Part shown: one piece after another, positions 21,557 through 30,953 of the stretch | How the letters are laid out: every line of letters starts with the position of its first letter | Position numbering within the stretch: the stretch's first letter is position 1 | Assembly (NCBI GenBank): GCA_018027755.1 | Contig: GCA_018027755.1_4098.1 | Strand: one strand, 5' to 3' | Length of the DNA stretch: 64,000 nucleotides | Source: a phage | Notes under the pieces: model-generated | Database searches by the model: none | The model's input: the letters and a program-made list of their open reading frames with translations, nothing else | What the model was told of the DNA's origin: nothing | Translations under genes and position numbers: made by a program

Positions 21557-23806
21557 TTAATCAACTATACTATCGTGACGTTTGAGTGCACGAATTACAA
21601 TTGCAGCTTGAATTTGTTGTGTAAAAGAACCACCTGCACCAAAATCATGAACAATTTTATTAACACGATAAATTGTTTGGTTAAATGTGGTTGGTGTATT
21701 AATATCCAAAACACCAGTGTTATCATTTATTGATATTACTGGTTGTAATTTCAGTAATAGATACGCTTCAGATGTTATATAATTTGCTACATGATAATCA
21801 TCTGGGTTAATTTCCATATCTTCACCATTAATTACTTGTTCTAGATATTGTAAGTAAGAGTAATCACTCCACCCTAACCAGTACGGGTCGCCTACTACAC
21901 GCATATCGAGTTTACACAAAAAAGGTCTATTGTAATAGTTGTCACGTATTTTACGTCTATCCATTTCATATGTGCTGCTGTTATCGTTTAACGAAGCGGA
22001 TAAAGTTGTTTCATTGTTAGTTGCTTCGGTTGGCATTGTGAACACTTCACCATAACGGTGACCAACACCATCAGTACCGCCATCGTTTTCTTCATAAGTG
22101 GTTACATAATCCTCAATATATTGAGGTAAAACATTGACTTGATAGTTATTATAACGGTCTTGTTCTTCTGCGTTACCAACCTGCATTTGATTTTTTGCTA
22201 AAGTTTCAACTTCAGTTAACAATTGTTGTTGGGCTTGTGTTAACATCCCTCCTAAATCACGAGTTACACGTAAATCACTTGTTTTTGCCCATGCGTCTGG
22301 TATACTATTGTATTGTACACCTTGAATATTGAGTTCTTGGGATGTATGTGTACCTGCATGGTTCGCTACATCTTGTATCGGACCAGGGTTACGTGTAGTG
22401 GCTACGAAAAATTGCTGATCGAATTTCAAATCCAAATCAAGTATCTCACTATTAAGCCCACTAAATTGATAATTATAAGTTTTCATGTTTATTTTTGGTT
22501 TTTGATCATTAGGATCTACGTATTTTTCTGCGTTCTCGAAAAAGTACTCAAATGTGAAATTTTCAGGTTGTAAATCCGATTCATGAACAATATCACCTAT
22601 TTTAAATCTAACAATATAAAAAATTACTTTATAAACAGAAGTATTACGATAATTATCAAAACCAACGTATTGTTTAACTGGTATAATGTTTACAAATTGA
22701 CGCACACTAGTACTATCATCGGCTTGTACAGTACATGTATCAATAACGTCATCAATAATTCGAGATATAGGAGTACTTGGGTTCCATGAAAAGTTTTTAG
22801 AACCTTGTGCACCACTTTTAGTTGTTCCGGCCTCTGCCATTTGTTTAGAATCATAGTTTATAAACAAATCTTGCAAATCAGGTGCTACTTTAAATTCGAA
22901 AAATTTACCTTCGGATAATTCACCAAATTTATATCTAAGATAACCATATTGTTGGTCAGCCATCTGATTTAATTTATCTTCTAAATCAAAGCAGAAGTCA
23001 CCAAAGTTTTCAGCAGTACAATTGAATGGTTCTTTTAAGGTCCATTCAATGTTATCAACTAAAGCTGCTCTATTATGAACTAAGTTCATAGTATACATCA
23101 TAGTACTACCACTTTGTGAAGCACTTGCAGTAACACTATTAATTTTAACTGACCAGCGTCTTGTTGTTTCTGGGATAATTTCAGGTATTCCATTTTTATT
23201 AAAGCCAATAAACTTTAATTCCAAGATCAATGGCAAGTCCATAAATTTATGATATCTAAGTTTGTTACTTAACGAAATTAATTCATCATAAAGACTCATA
23301 CTATTATTTTCAGACATATTAAGTACTGCTGTATTAAAACAATAGTTTGTTGTCATTCCTGGTGTTGAAGGTCCAGCTTGTGTCATTTGTACACTAGTGA
23401 TATTATATTTGCCAGTAACACCACTTTCTGATATCACATGTCGTTGCACTTCTGCATCTGGGTAAAGCCAAAAGTTTTTAAAATCATCTTTATCTAAGGC
23501 AAATAAACAAAAGTGCCATGTTGGATTATCATATTTCAATAATTTATTGTCATACGGTATTACAAACTGACTTAAATCTAGATCTTCATAAACTTGATCA
23601 ACACTAGCACTTTGTTTTGGTAATGATACTACATTACTTACATTTGCTTTGTAATTATTTTTTGTAATAGTTTTCACATCATTTTGTAATGTATTTGCTG
23701 TAGCTTTCAAACTATCAAGTGCATTAGATGTGGTGGTTTTAGCCTTACCAGTAATACTTGTAATATCATTTTGAAAATTATCAACTGTACTTCGTAAATC
23801 TGCCAT
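21557..23806 (-). CDS. hypothetical baseplate/tail structural protein (749 aa)
   Basis: long ORF in the same minus-strand operon immediately upstream of gp5-like gene; no motif recognized. Confidence 0.5.
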   Translation of the reverse strand: MADLRSTVDNFQNDITSITGKAKTTTSNALDSLKATANTLQNDVKTITKNNYKANVSNVVSLPKQSASVDQVYEDLDLSQFVIPYDNKLLKYDNPTWHFCLFALDKDDFKNFWLYPDAEVQRHVISESGVTGKYNITSVQMTQAGPSTPGMTTNYCFNTAVLNMSENNSMSLYDELISLSNKLRYHKFMDLPLILELKFIGFNKNGIPEIIPETTRRWSVKINSVTASASQSGSTMMYTMNLVHNRAALVDNIEWTLKEPFNCTAENFGDFCFDLEDKLNQMADQQYGYLRYKFGELSEGKFFEFKVAPDLQDLFINYDSKQMAEAGTTKSGAQGSKNFSWNPSTPISRIIDDVIDTCTVQADDSTSVRQFVNIIPVKQYVGFDNYRNTSVYKVIFYIVRFKIGDIVHESDLQPENFTFEYFFENAEKYVDPNDQKPKINMKTYNYQFSGLNSEILDLDLKFDQQFFVATTRNPGPIQDVANHAGTHTSQELNIQGVQYNSIPDAWAKTSDLRVTRDLGGMLTQAQQQLLTEVETLAKNQMQVGNAEEQDRYNNYQVNVLPQYIEDYVTTYEENDGGTDGVGHRYGEVFTMPTEATNNETTLSASLNDNSSTYEMDRRKIRDNYYNRPFLCKLDMRVVGDPYWLGWSDYSYLQYLEQVINGEDMEINPDDYHVANYITSEAYLLLKLQPVISINDNTGVLDINTPTTFNQTIYRVNKIVHDFGAGGSFTQQIQAAIVIRALKRHDSIVD

Positions 23807-23817
23807 ACGTTACTCCA

Positions 23818-24132
23818 TTAGCCTATGTTTCGAGTACCATTAAGATAATTTTGTACTCTTTGATTTGCTGGTATTCTAATTGTTACTCCACTTTTAAAAT
23901 TATATATAGGATCTTCTCCTAGTATGTCTGGATTTAACAATGCGAAAATATAATATAAGCGTTCATTACCATACATTTCGTATGCTAAACGCCAAGGTTG
24001 ATATTCATATTTCAATGGGATCTCATAAAAATCATCAGTATCAGCCGGAACAATATCACGTGGTAAATTATACCCAAGATACCATGTTTGTTTCACCTTA
24101 GCGTAAGGTGAGTATTGACTATAGTTGGACAT
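23818..24132 (-). CDS. hypothetical protein (104 aa), baseplate operon
   Basis: ORF translationally coupled (TAATG overlap) to the upstream 273-aa gene. Confidence 0.45.
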   Translation of the reverse strand: MSNYSQYSPYAKVKQTWYLGYNLPRDIVPADTDDFYEIPLKYEYQPWRLAYEMYGNERLYYIFALLNPDILGEDPIYNFKSGVTIRIPANQRVQNYLNGTRNIG

Positions 24133-24953
24133 TAAATGAATCCTCCTTTACGTAATAGTTCACCACGTTTGAATGCATTGAGGTTGAACGTTTTAGTCAT
24201 ATAATCCGATGTTGGTTGTTCTTCAAGTTGTAACATAACTGAGATTTTTTGTGGAACCCAAACTTCATCTTGTGGGTTCATATATCCAGTACTTCTAAGT
24301 TGTTCGAAGAATTTTCTACTATCCATGTCGGATAAATTAAAAGTACTATCGCTACTATTCAACGGAACTTGAATATAAGAAACATCATTTGGGTAAGTAA
24401 AATTATAAGATTTTAAAATAACAGGAATATCATTATATGTATAACGACCATATCCACTTAGAAGTAAGATTGGTGGTGGTGCACCTGCAATTGCGAGTTC
24501 GGGGTTATTAGCCGAAGCAGCTTGTCTACCAAAATCCATCAACGAAACAGAACGTATAAAATGAACACATGCCAACGCATACATAGCTTCTGCTGCTGTA
24601 TTCGCATAAAATTCACCCTGAATCGTGAAAACTGTATTAGTAGTGTTCTTATAGTTGTTATAGTTACTGTTAGTATGTATAGGGGACTGTGTTTCATACT
24701 GAATTGACCTTTGTTCAGTAATTGTTGGTGTTACAGTCCAAACCAACCCATTAGTTGGACGCAGAAACGAAAGTAGAGTTGGTTCGGAGCTATCTCCAAA
24801 ATCACCATATACATAGTTAGCACCTGCGGCTTTAGGTCGTAATCGAATTCTACGATCAATCATCTTTTTGATTCTCCATAATAAGGGAACATTTGATGTA
24901 TTTATACGTGGGACAAACTGCTTTTTGGTGCTATAATAACATTGATGGTACAA
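24132..24953 (-). CDS. hypothetical baseplate/tail protein (273 aa)
   Basis: first ORF of the minus-strand structural operon, divergent from gp55-like gene. Confidence 0.45.
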   Translation of the reverse strand: MYHQCYYSTKKQFVPRINTSNVPLLWRIKKMIDRRIRLRPKAAGANYVYGDFGDSSEPTLLSFLRPTNGLVWTVTPTITEQRSIQYETQSPIHTNSNYNNYKNTTNTVFTIQGEFYANTAAEAMYALACVHFIRSVSLMDFGRQAASANNPELAIAGAPPPILLLSGYGRYTYNDIPVILKSYNFTYPNDVSYIQVPLNSSDSTFNLSDMDSRKFFEQLRSTGYMNPQDEVWVPQKISVMLQLEEQPTSDYMTKTFNLNAFKRGELLRKGGFI

Positions 24954-24994
24954 GGATTGTACCTATTGGATTTAAACATGGAGAGTAAAATACA

Positions 24995-25834
24995 ATGACA
25001 AATAGACCAAAGCGTAAAAAGTATCTCAATAATGCTGATTTACTGCGTGAAATACAAAAAAGTAAAATTTCATATTGCTGGTTATTAGACAAATCATATA
25101 GTATGTATGATTATATTGTTTTTCATGAGTCAGAAATTACTGCTGAGTTACTAGAAAAAGCTAAGGCAGCCCGAATTAAACGACTGAACAATGAAATGCT
25201 TGATAGTATTCGTGAAAAGGAAAATATGAGTGCTAAAAAAGCTAAAGAATATGCAGATGAACACAATTTAGTTATCACTGACGTTCCAATTGATGAAGTT
25301 GTTATTCGTGTTATTACAGATGAACATATTCCACCAGATACTAGAGTTAACTTTGAACCATTCAAGCATTATATTGTAGATAATGAAGGTATTCTCTATG
25401 AAGTTTGTCGTTCTCACTGGAAAGGCGACCTTGAAACTGGTGAATTCAGTACTGTTCATGGTAAAATTACAAATGAACTTGGGAAGATGTTCATTAAACT
25501 TGCAGAGGAAATCTCACACAAATCTAATTACAGAAACTATACATACTTAGATGAAATGATGGGTGATGCAAGAATACAATTAGTTAAAAACGCACTTCTC
25601 TTTAAAGAGAGCATTCTTTATAAAAAAGATAAACCAGCAGTTCAGCTAAATCCTTTCTCTTACTATACATCATTCGTAAACAATAGTTTTCGTTCTATAT
25701 TGAATAGTGAGAAAAATGTTCGAAATATACGTGATGATTTACTTGAAATGCATGGCTTTACGCCATCACATACACGTCAAATTGAAATTGAATTGAACAT
25801 GATTGAAAGGAAAAATGAAGATGGCTCTGTTTGA
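24995..25834 (+). CDS. late-transcription sigma factor, gp55-like (enlarged)
   Basis: N-terminal KYLNNADLLREIQKSK resembles T4 gp55 KYNYVNNKELLQAI; located next to gp47/gp46 as in T4; 279 aa vs 185 aa in T4. Confidence 0.6.
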   Translation: MTNRPKRKKYLNNADLLREIQKSKISYCWLLDKSYSMYDYIVFHESEITAELLEKAKAARIKRLNNEMLDSIREKENMSAKKAKEYADEHNLVITDVPIDEVVIRVITDEHIPPDTRVNFEPFKHYIVDNEGILYEVCRSHWKGDLETGEFSTVHGKITNELGKMFIKLAEEISHKSNYRNYTYLDEMMGDARIQLVKNALLFKESILYKKDKPAVQLNPFSYYTSFVNNSFRSILNSEKNVRNIRDDLLEMHGFTPSHTRQIEIELNMIERKNEDGSV

Positions 25835-26852
25835 TAAAGCAATTACATTCACTGATATTCACTTAGGTTTAAAGAATAACAGCAAGCAACACAATGAAGA
25901 TTGTTTAAACTTCATTAAATTCATGATTGATGTAGCTAAAAAAAATAATATCAAAGTTTGTGTTTTTATGGGAGATTATTTTCATAATAGAAGTAATATC
26001 AATATCCAAACACTAAACTATGGTTTACAAATTCTTCAATTATTAAATGATAATTTTGAAAAAGTATATTTTTTAGTAGGCAACCATGATATGTATCATA
26101 AAAACAAACGTGATATAACAAGTATCAATATGGCTCAAGTTTATGAAAATATAGAATTCATTAATGAAATTACAACATTTGATGATTGTACTTTCATTCC
26201 ATTTATGATTGAAGATGAATATAAGTTGTTACCTCAACTAAAAAGTAAGTATGTTTTTGGTCACTTAGAGTTACCAGGTTACTTGCTTAACAAGATGGTA
26301 GAAATGCCTGATCATGGAAAAGAAACAGAAGGTTCTTTTGGTGGTTGTGAGTATGTTTTTAGTGGGCATTTTCATAAAAGGCAGTCAAAAACAACTTCAA
26401 AAGGAACTCGTGTAGTTTATACTGGTAATTGTTTTCCACATAATTTTTCCGATACATGGGATGATGCAAGAGGTGTGATGATTCTTGAACATGGTAAAGA
26501 ACCTATTTTCAAGTCATGGGATAATGCACCAAAATATAGAACATTCACACTTTCTGAATTGTTGACTGATCCAAGCTATTATCTACAAGATAACACAATA
26601 TCAAAAGTTCAAGTTGATATATCAATAACAACTGATGAGATTAGTTTTATTCGTGATACATTTACTAAACTTTATAACATTAGGGAGTTTAATGTTGTAA
26701 CTAGCAAGCAAAGTATTTCAGAATTAATCGAAGATGGTGTTAGTTTTGAAAGTACTGAATCAGTTGATGAGATAGTTTTACAGCAAATTATGGAAATTGA
26801 TTCACCAATGTTTGATAAAAATCTTCTAATCCAAATTTACAGATCGTTATAA
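25803..26852 (+). CDS. recombination nuclease subunit gp47-like (Mre11/SbcD metallophosphatase)
   Basis: phosphoesterase motifs DIHLG, GDYFH, GNHD, GHLE, GHFH; start may be an internal ATG at 25815 or 25821. Confidence 0.85.
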   Translation: MKGKMKMALFDKAITFTDIHLGLKNNSKQHNEDCLNFIKFMIDVAKKNNIKVCVFMGDYFHNRSNINIQTLNYGLQILQLLNDNFEKVYFLVGNHDMYHKNKRDITSINMAQVYENIEFINEITTFDDCTFIPFMIEDEYKLLPQLKSKYVFGHLELPGYLLNKMVEMPDHGKETEGSFGGCEYVFSGHFHKRQSKTTSKGTRVVYTGNCFPHNFSDTWDDARGVMILEHGKEPIFKSWDNAPKYRTFTLSELLTDPSYYLQDNTISKVQVDISITTDEISFIRDTFTKLYNIREFNVVTSKQSISELIEDGVSFESTESVDEIVLQQIMEIDSPMFDKNLLIQIYRSL

Positions 26853-26860
26853 GGGACTAT

Positions 26861-29008
26861 ATGCTAAACATTACACGTATATCTATGAGGAACTTCTTTT
26901 CATTTGGTAATGCACCACAATCAATTGATTTGAATGGTTCCGACATTTCATTAGTACTGGGTCAAAATAATGATGCAGTTATTGAAGGTGGTGACAGTAC
27001 CGGACGTCGAAATGGTGTAGGGAAAAGTGCTATTATTCAAGGATTAGTTTTTGGATTATTTGGTAAAAGTATTGGTAATGATATTAAAATTCCGAACCTA
27101 GTCAATAAAACTAATGGCAAAAATTGTGAAGTAGTTGTAGAGTTTGAAAAAGATGGTGTACAATATCTGGTTGAACGTGGGAGAAGTCCCACGTATTTCA
27201 ATTTTGTTACTTTAGGGAAAGATAATAAAATTGAAGATGAATCAAGGGGAGAAAAGAAAGACACACAAGAAGATTTGAATGAAATTCTTGGTATATCTCA
27301 ATTATTATTTGAACATATTGTAGTACTGAATGCTAACGTTGAACCTTTCTTAGCTTTATCCACACAAAAACAACGTGATATGATAGAAGAACTTCTTGGA
27401 ATAACACAGTTGACGGAAAAAGCTGAAATGCTAAAGGAGATGTATAAGGATACTAAACGTTTAGCCGAACAAGAAAAGTTCAAAAATGAAACTGTAGCTG
27501 CAAGTAATGAACGTATTCAAAAAAGTATTGAGACACTACAAGAACAGGCAAACCAGTTTGAAATTGATAAAAATAATAGAGTATCTAAGTTAAATGAAGA
27601 GTTGAATATATATAAAACTTTAGACTTTAATGACCTCTATGAAGCTGCTGATATAAAAGAGAAAGCTCTTATTCATAACGCAAAGCGTGGGGAAATCGAA
27701 CGCCGTGTACAAGAGTTGGCTTTAAAATTTGATGCATATGACCGTGAACTTGAAAGATCTAAAAGAGAATTAAATCTAAGCATTGATAAGCTAAAAACTA
27801 TTGATATTAGTGCAGAATTGGAAAATCATAATGAGTTGGAGATATGGAAACAGTTAGAGGGTATTCTAAAAGAGAATAATAACCAAAAACGTTTCAAAGA
27901 ACAAAAACTAAACTCACTAAAAATAGCTTTAAAAGGATATGAATGTTCAATTAATGCTGAAATTGACAAATTATCAACAGTTGAAAACAGCAAATGTCCA
28001 CTTTGTATGTCTGAATTAGAACATAACGAACATACTTCTTCAATTAAAGACAAAATCCAAAGTACTATTAATGATCTTCAAGCTAAAATTGATAGTTCTT
28101 CTTCTGAAATTGAAACATTACTTCAAGAAATTGATAGTATTGAGATTTTTGATATGCCACCTAAGCCTGTGACATATTATAATACACTTTCAGAAGCACA
28201 AATGCATGAACATAAGCTTCAAGAATTGGTCAGAAAGAGTGAAGAAGAACAAATAAACATCTATGCAAATGAACTTATGTCATCATATGATGAACTTAAC
28301 TCATATGAACTAATGGAAGTTCCAGATACATTAAACAAATATGAAGTTAAAGAGTTAGAAATGACTGTAAATTCATTATCACAGCAATTAGATCGTGAAT
28401 TGAAGACTACTAACACATTTATTAGCCAAATTAATACCCTGAAGACTGATTCTTTAGTACCAATCGATTATAGCGACTATAATAATCTTGATAAAATGTC
28501 AAATCACCAAGATTTCTTGGTTAAATTACTTTTAAACAAGGATTCTTATGTCCGTAAACGTATTATTGAGCAAAATATCTCATATTTGAATACACGACTT
28601 CAGTACTATATCGATATGTGCGGTTCTGAGCATAATGTTGTGTTTTTGAATGATTTGAGTGTTGAAATTGAGAAGAGTGGACAGTACTTTGACTATAAAC
28701 AGCTTAGTAGAGGTGAGCGTACAAGGGTAAACATCGCATTATCTTGTGCTTTCCGTGATACATATGAGTCATTATACCAAAGTATTAATATTCTTATCAT
28801 TGATGAGATGATTGACCAAGGTCTTGACTCGAGTGGTGTTCTACGTGTGTGGTCTATCTTCCAAGATATGGCTGCTGTACGTGGTAAGAACGTTTATGCT
28901 ATTTCCCACAGAGAAGAGTTACTATCTAAGACTGAAAAAATCCTCAAAGTTGTTAAAGAGGACGGTTTCAGTACTGTTGAATATGCAACCCTTGACGATG
29001 TTTTCTAA
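26861..29008 (+). CDS. recombination ATPase subunit gp46-like (Rad50/SbcC)
   Basis: N-terminal P-loop GVGKSAI, long coiled coil with CPLC zinc hook, C-terminal signature/Walker B (LSRGERTR, ILIIDE). Confidence 0.85.
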   Translation: MLNITRISMRNFFSFGNAPQSIDLNGSDISLVLGQNNDAVIEGGDSTGRRNGVGKSAIIQGLVFGLFGKSIGNDIKIPNLVNKTNGKNCEVVVEFEKDGVQYLVERGRSPTYFNFVTLGKDNKIEDESRGEKKDTQEDLNEILGISQLLFEHIVVLNANVEPFLALSTQKQRDMIEELLGITQLTEKAEMLKEMYKDTKRLAEQEKFKNETVAASNERIQKSIETLQEQANQFEIDKNNRVSKLNEELNIYKTLDFNDLYEAADIKEKALIHNAKRGEIERRVQELALKFDAYDRELERSKRELNLSIDKLKTIDISAELENHNELEIWKQLEGILKENNNQKRFKEQKLNSLKIALKGYECSINAEIDKLSTVENSKCPLCMSELEHNEHTSSIKDKIQSTINDLQAKIDSSSSEIETLLQEIDSIEIFDMPPKPVTYYNTLSEAQMHEHKLQELVRKSEEEQINIYANELMSSYDELNSYELMEVPDTLNKYEVKELEMTVNSLSQQLDRELKTTNTFISQINTLKTDSLVPIDYSDYNNLDKMSNHQDFLVKLLLNKDSYVRKRIIEQNISYLNTRLQYYIDMCGSEHNVVFLNDLSVEIEKSGQYFDYKQLSRGERTRVNIALSCAFRDTYESLYQSINILIIDEMIDQGLDSSGVLRVWSIFQDMAAVRGKNVYAISHREELLSKTEKILKVVKEDGFSTVEYATLDDVF

Positions 29009-29018
29009 TTAAAGATAA

Positions 29019-29042
29019 AGGGAGCCTTAGCTCCCTTTTTTT
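29019..29042. terminator. intrinsic terminator after gp46-like gene, overlapping the 3' end of the convergent gene
   Basis: agggagc-ctta-gctccct hairpin followed by T7 run. Confidence 0.55.
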
Positions 29043-29518
29043 ATATCAACCATATTTAATTTACCGTCCTTAATCAGCTTTCTAGCTTGCTTTACACGAG
29101 CAGTAGTGTTACTACCAGGGACAACTCCTAACCCTTCCAGAATCGCGTTTTGCTGTGTTGCTGGAAGCCTTTTAAACTTATTAACATCCACAGTTAGTGC
29201 TGTGTGATGTATGACTTGCTCTTCAGGTGGAATGTTATTGTTCTTTTCAAGATAATCTGCCAGATTTCTTAGTACTTCATGAAGAGGTTTATCAGTTAAA
29301 TGGCCCAGACAGCGTTTAAATGAATTTGCGACCCTTCCTTCCCATCCATTCACCTCATTTTGAAGAACCTGTCTACAATGTTGATTTCCACCATGATAGT
29401 GGTCAAGTACTGGTTTAGTTATTTTTATTCCTATAATGGGGTCAATACCATTTTGTTTTTTTAGTAGTTCTTTTCTGTAAGCTGCTGCTTCATTGGGATT
29501 TTTCAATCTCTTTTTCAT
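29027..29518 (-). CDS. endonuclease VII-like (HNH/beta-beta-alpha-Me) junction nuclease, putative
   Basis: 163 aa; D39-H40-x-H42 (LDHYHGG) positionally matches the T4 endo VII D40/H41/H43 active site; only two Cys so zinc site incomplete. Confidence 0.4.
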   Translation of the reverse strand: MKKRLKNPNEAAAYRKELLKKQNGIDPIIGIKITKPVLDHYHGGNQHCRQVLQNEVNGWEGRVANSFKRCLGHLTDKPLHEVLRNLADYLEKNNNIPPEEQVIHHTALTVDVNKFKRLPATQQNAILEGLGVVPGSNTTARVKQARKLIKDGKLNMVDIKKGS

Positions 29519-29563
29519 AGCGTTTTGTCCTGTTTCTGTAAATAATGTATATTAAAAAGTTTT

Positions 29564-30115
29564 GTGAGGTACACAAGAATAGCTAAAATTACACAACAAC
29601 AATTCATAGATAAATCAATGAATATTCATGGTAGTATTTACACATACAATAAAACAATATATGTCAATGCACACCATCCAATAACTGTTACGTGTAACAT
29701 TCACGGTGACTTCACAGTAGTTCCTAATAAACACATTTCTGCAAAACAAGGGTGTCCAGTTTGTTCAGACCAAGAACTAAAATCAAAACCTGTTATTGAA
29801 ATTCAGAATTTTTTAAAAACGTGTGATATAATGTTTGAAATGGAAAAGAAATTTGATAGTTGTAAAAACATCAATCATTTACCATTTGATTTTTATATTC
29901 CTGAACTTAATCTACTAATAGAATATGATGGTATCCAACACTTCAAACCAATAGAATACTTCGGTGGAGAAGAAGGTTTAGCTGAACAACAACGAAATGA
30001 TGAAATTAAGAATAAGTATTGTTATGATAATAATATTACTTTACTTAGAATAAAGTATTCAGATGACCACATTAAAATTATAAAAGACTTCATATCAAAA
30101 AATATAAATTATTGA
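29564..30115 (+). CDS. homing-endonuclease-like protein: zinc-ribbon module fused to a PD-(D/E)xK (Vsr/restriction-endonuclease-like) domain
   Basis: N-terminal module YVNAHHPITVTCNIHGDF...GCPVC matches repeats of the 431-aa protein at 40565; C-terminal FDFYIP-x5-LLIEYDGIQH motif; track start is GTG 29564, ATG at 29618 is more likely. Confidence 0.55.
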   Translation: MRYTRIAKITQQQFIDKSMNIHGSIYTYNKTIYVNAHHPITVTCNIHGDFTVVPNKHISAKQGCPVCSDQELKSKPVIEIQNFLKTCDIMFEMEKKFDSCKNINHLPFDFYIPELNLLIEYDGIQHFKPIEYFGGEEGLAEQQRNDEIKNKYCYDNNITLLRIKYSDDHIKIIKDFISKNINY

Positions 30116-30127
30116 ATAGTTTTTATG

Positions 30128-30160
30128 AACCAAGTAATGTTTTGTTACTTGGTTTTTTTA
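30128..30160 (+). terminator. intrinsic terminator after endonuclease gene
   Basis: aaccaagtaa/ttacttggtt 10-bp stem followed by T7. Confidence 0.55.
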
Positions 30161-30203
30161 TACTTCAAAAATGTACTAAGTACTTTTTTATTTTTTTATG
30201 ATA

Positions 30204-30236
30204 TTAGTGGGAAGATTTTAAAAATAGTGCTATAAT
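30204..30236 (+). promoter_or_regulatory. sigma70-like promoter with extended -10 (TGcTATAAT)
   Basis: TATAAT 30231-30236 with TG at 30228-30229; weak -35; gtgctataat motif also at 52096 and 57403. Confidence 0.4.
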
Positions 30237-30243
30237 GTTTGTT

Positions 30244-30697
30244 GTAGTAATGACAATCCTGTTGAATGCAGAAATGCATATAAATTAGAACCTGATCCTA
30301 TCGAAAATGTAGATGGCAGATGAGCAGTTCAACAGTGCGATGAGCAAAAGAAACCCGTTAGATGTGGGCATAGTTTGAACCCCTCACGGCAATGCGGCTC
30401 AATAAAGAACTCCGATAAGCATACAGAGAGTTCCTAGATAGACATATAAGGATCGCACCTTACCAGATTTGCTAAGGGAGTTTATTAAGTGATTTTAATA
30501 AACAGCCTGAAGTTTGATTGTATAGACTTTCAGGTGAGTGTCAGGATGATTAAGACTGACGACCGTTGCACATGACTGCGATAGAGAGAAACAGAGCAAC
30601 CCGCTTTCGTTCTTAATATATTTTTAAGAAATTCGCAATACAATAAATGCTGAAACCATCAGCGTCAAGAAATAGAGACTTCATTGTCTCTTTTTTA
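30244..30697 (+). ncRNA. candidate structured non-coding RNA (~450 nt), class unknown
   Basis: no ORF above 60 aa on either strand; bounded by promoter (30231-30236) and intrinsic terminator (30674-30696); GC-enriched relative to flanks; several local inverted repeats (30506-30534, 30649-30663). Confidence 0.3.
30674..30697 (+). terminator. intrinsic terminator closing the candidate ncRNA unit
   Basis: agagac-ttcatt-gtctct hairpin followed by T6. Confidence 0.5.
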
Positions 30698-30912
30698 TTG
30701 TCTTCATTCCCCTGCGGGGGGATGAAAATGTCCTCAACAAATCCCGTCAAGTATTAAATCTTTTAAAGTTCTTTATAATTAATTTAATTAAATGAATATG
30801 AGTTACGTAGTAACGAATATTCTTCAGCTAACGAATGAAATGAGTTAGATGAATCCAATAATATTAAAATTAATCCTTTCATAATTCAATTCAAATAATT
30901 CTGTAGTTTAAA

Positions 30913-30943
30913 ACCAAAAAAAAACCAGCAACAATGTGCTGGC
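30913..30943 (-). terminator. intrinsic terminator after minus-strand 69-aa gene
   Basis: ccagca-acaatg-tgctgg hairpin with A9 run on + strand (T-run on minus). Confidence 0.5.
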
Positions 30944-30953
30944 TATATGAAAA

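Noticed and set aside
30320-30350. Hammerhead ribozyme core (cagatgag / cgatgag ... gaaa)
   Set aside because: Near-match only; the invariant CUGAUGA is not present and no three-stem arrangement could be built by eye.
30244-30700. tRNA genes in the ORF-free region
   Set aside because: Scanned both strands for T-loop (GTTCRANYC or its reverse complement) with flanking complementary stems and acceptor pairing; none found.
29564-30700. Group I intron carrying the endonuclease ORF
   Set aside because: No flanking + strand exons or interrupted host gene; the endonuclease has its own terminator and the downstream RNA its own promoter. Left as unknown ncRNA rather than called an intron.
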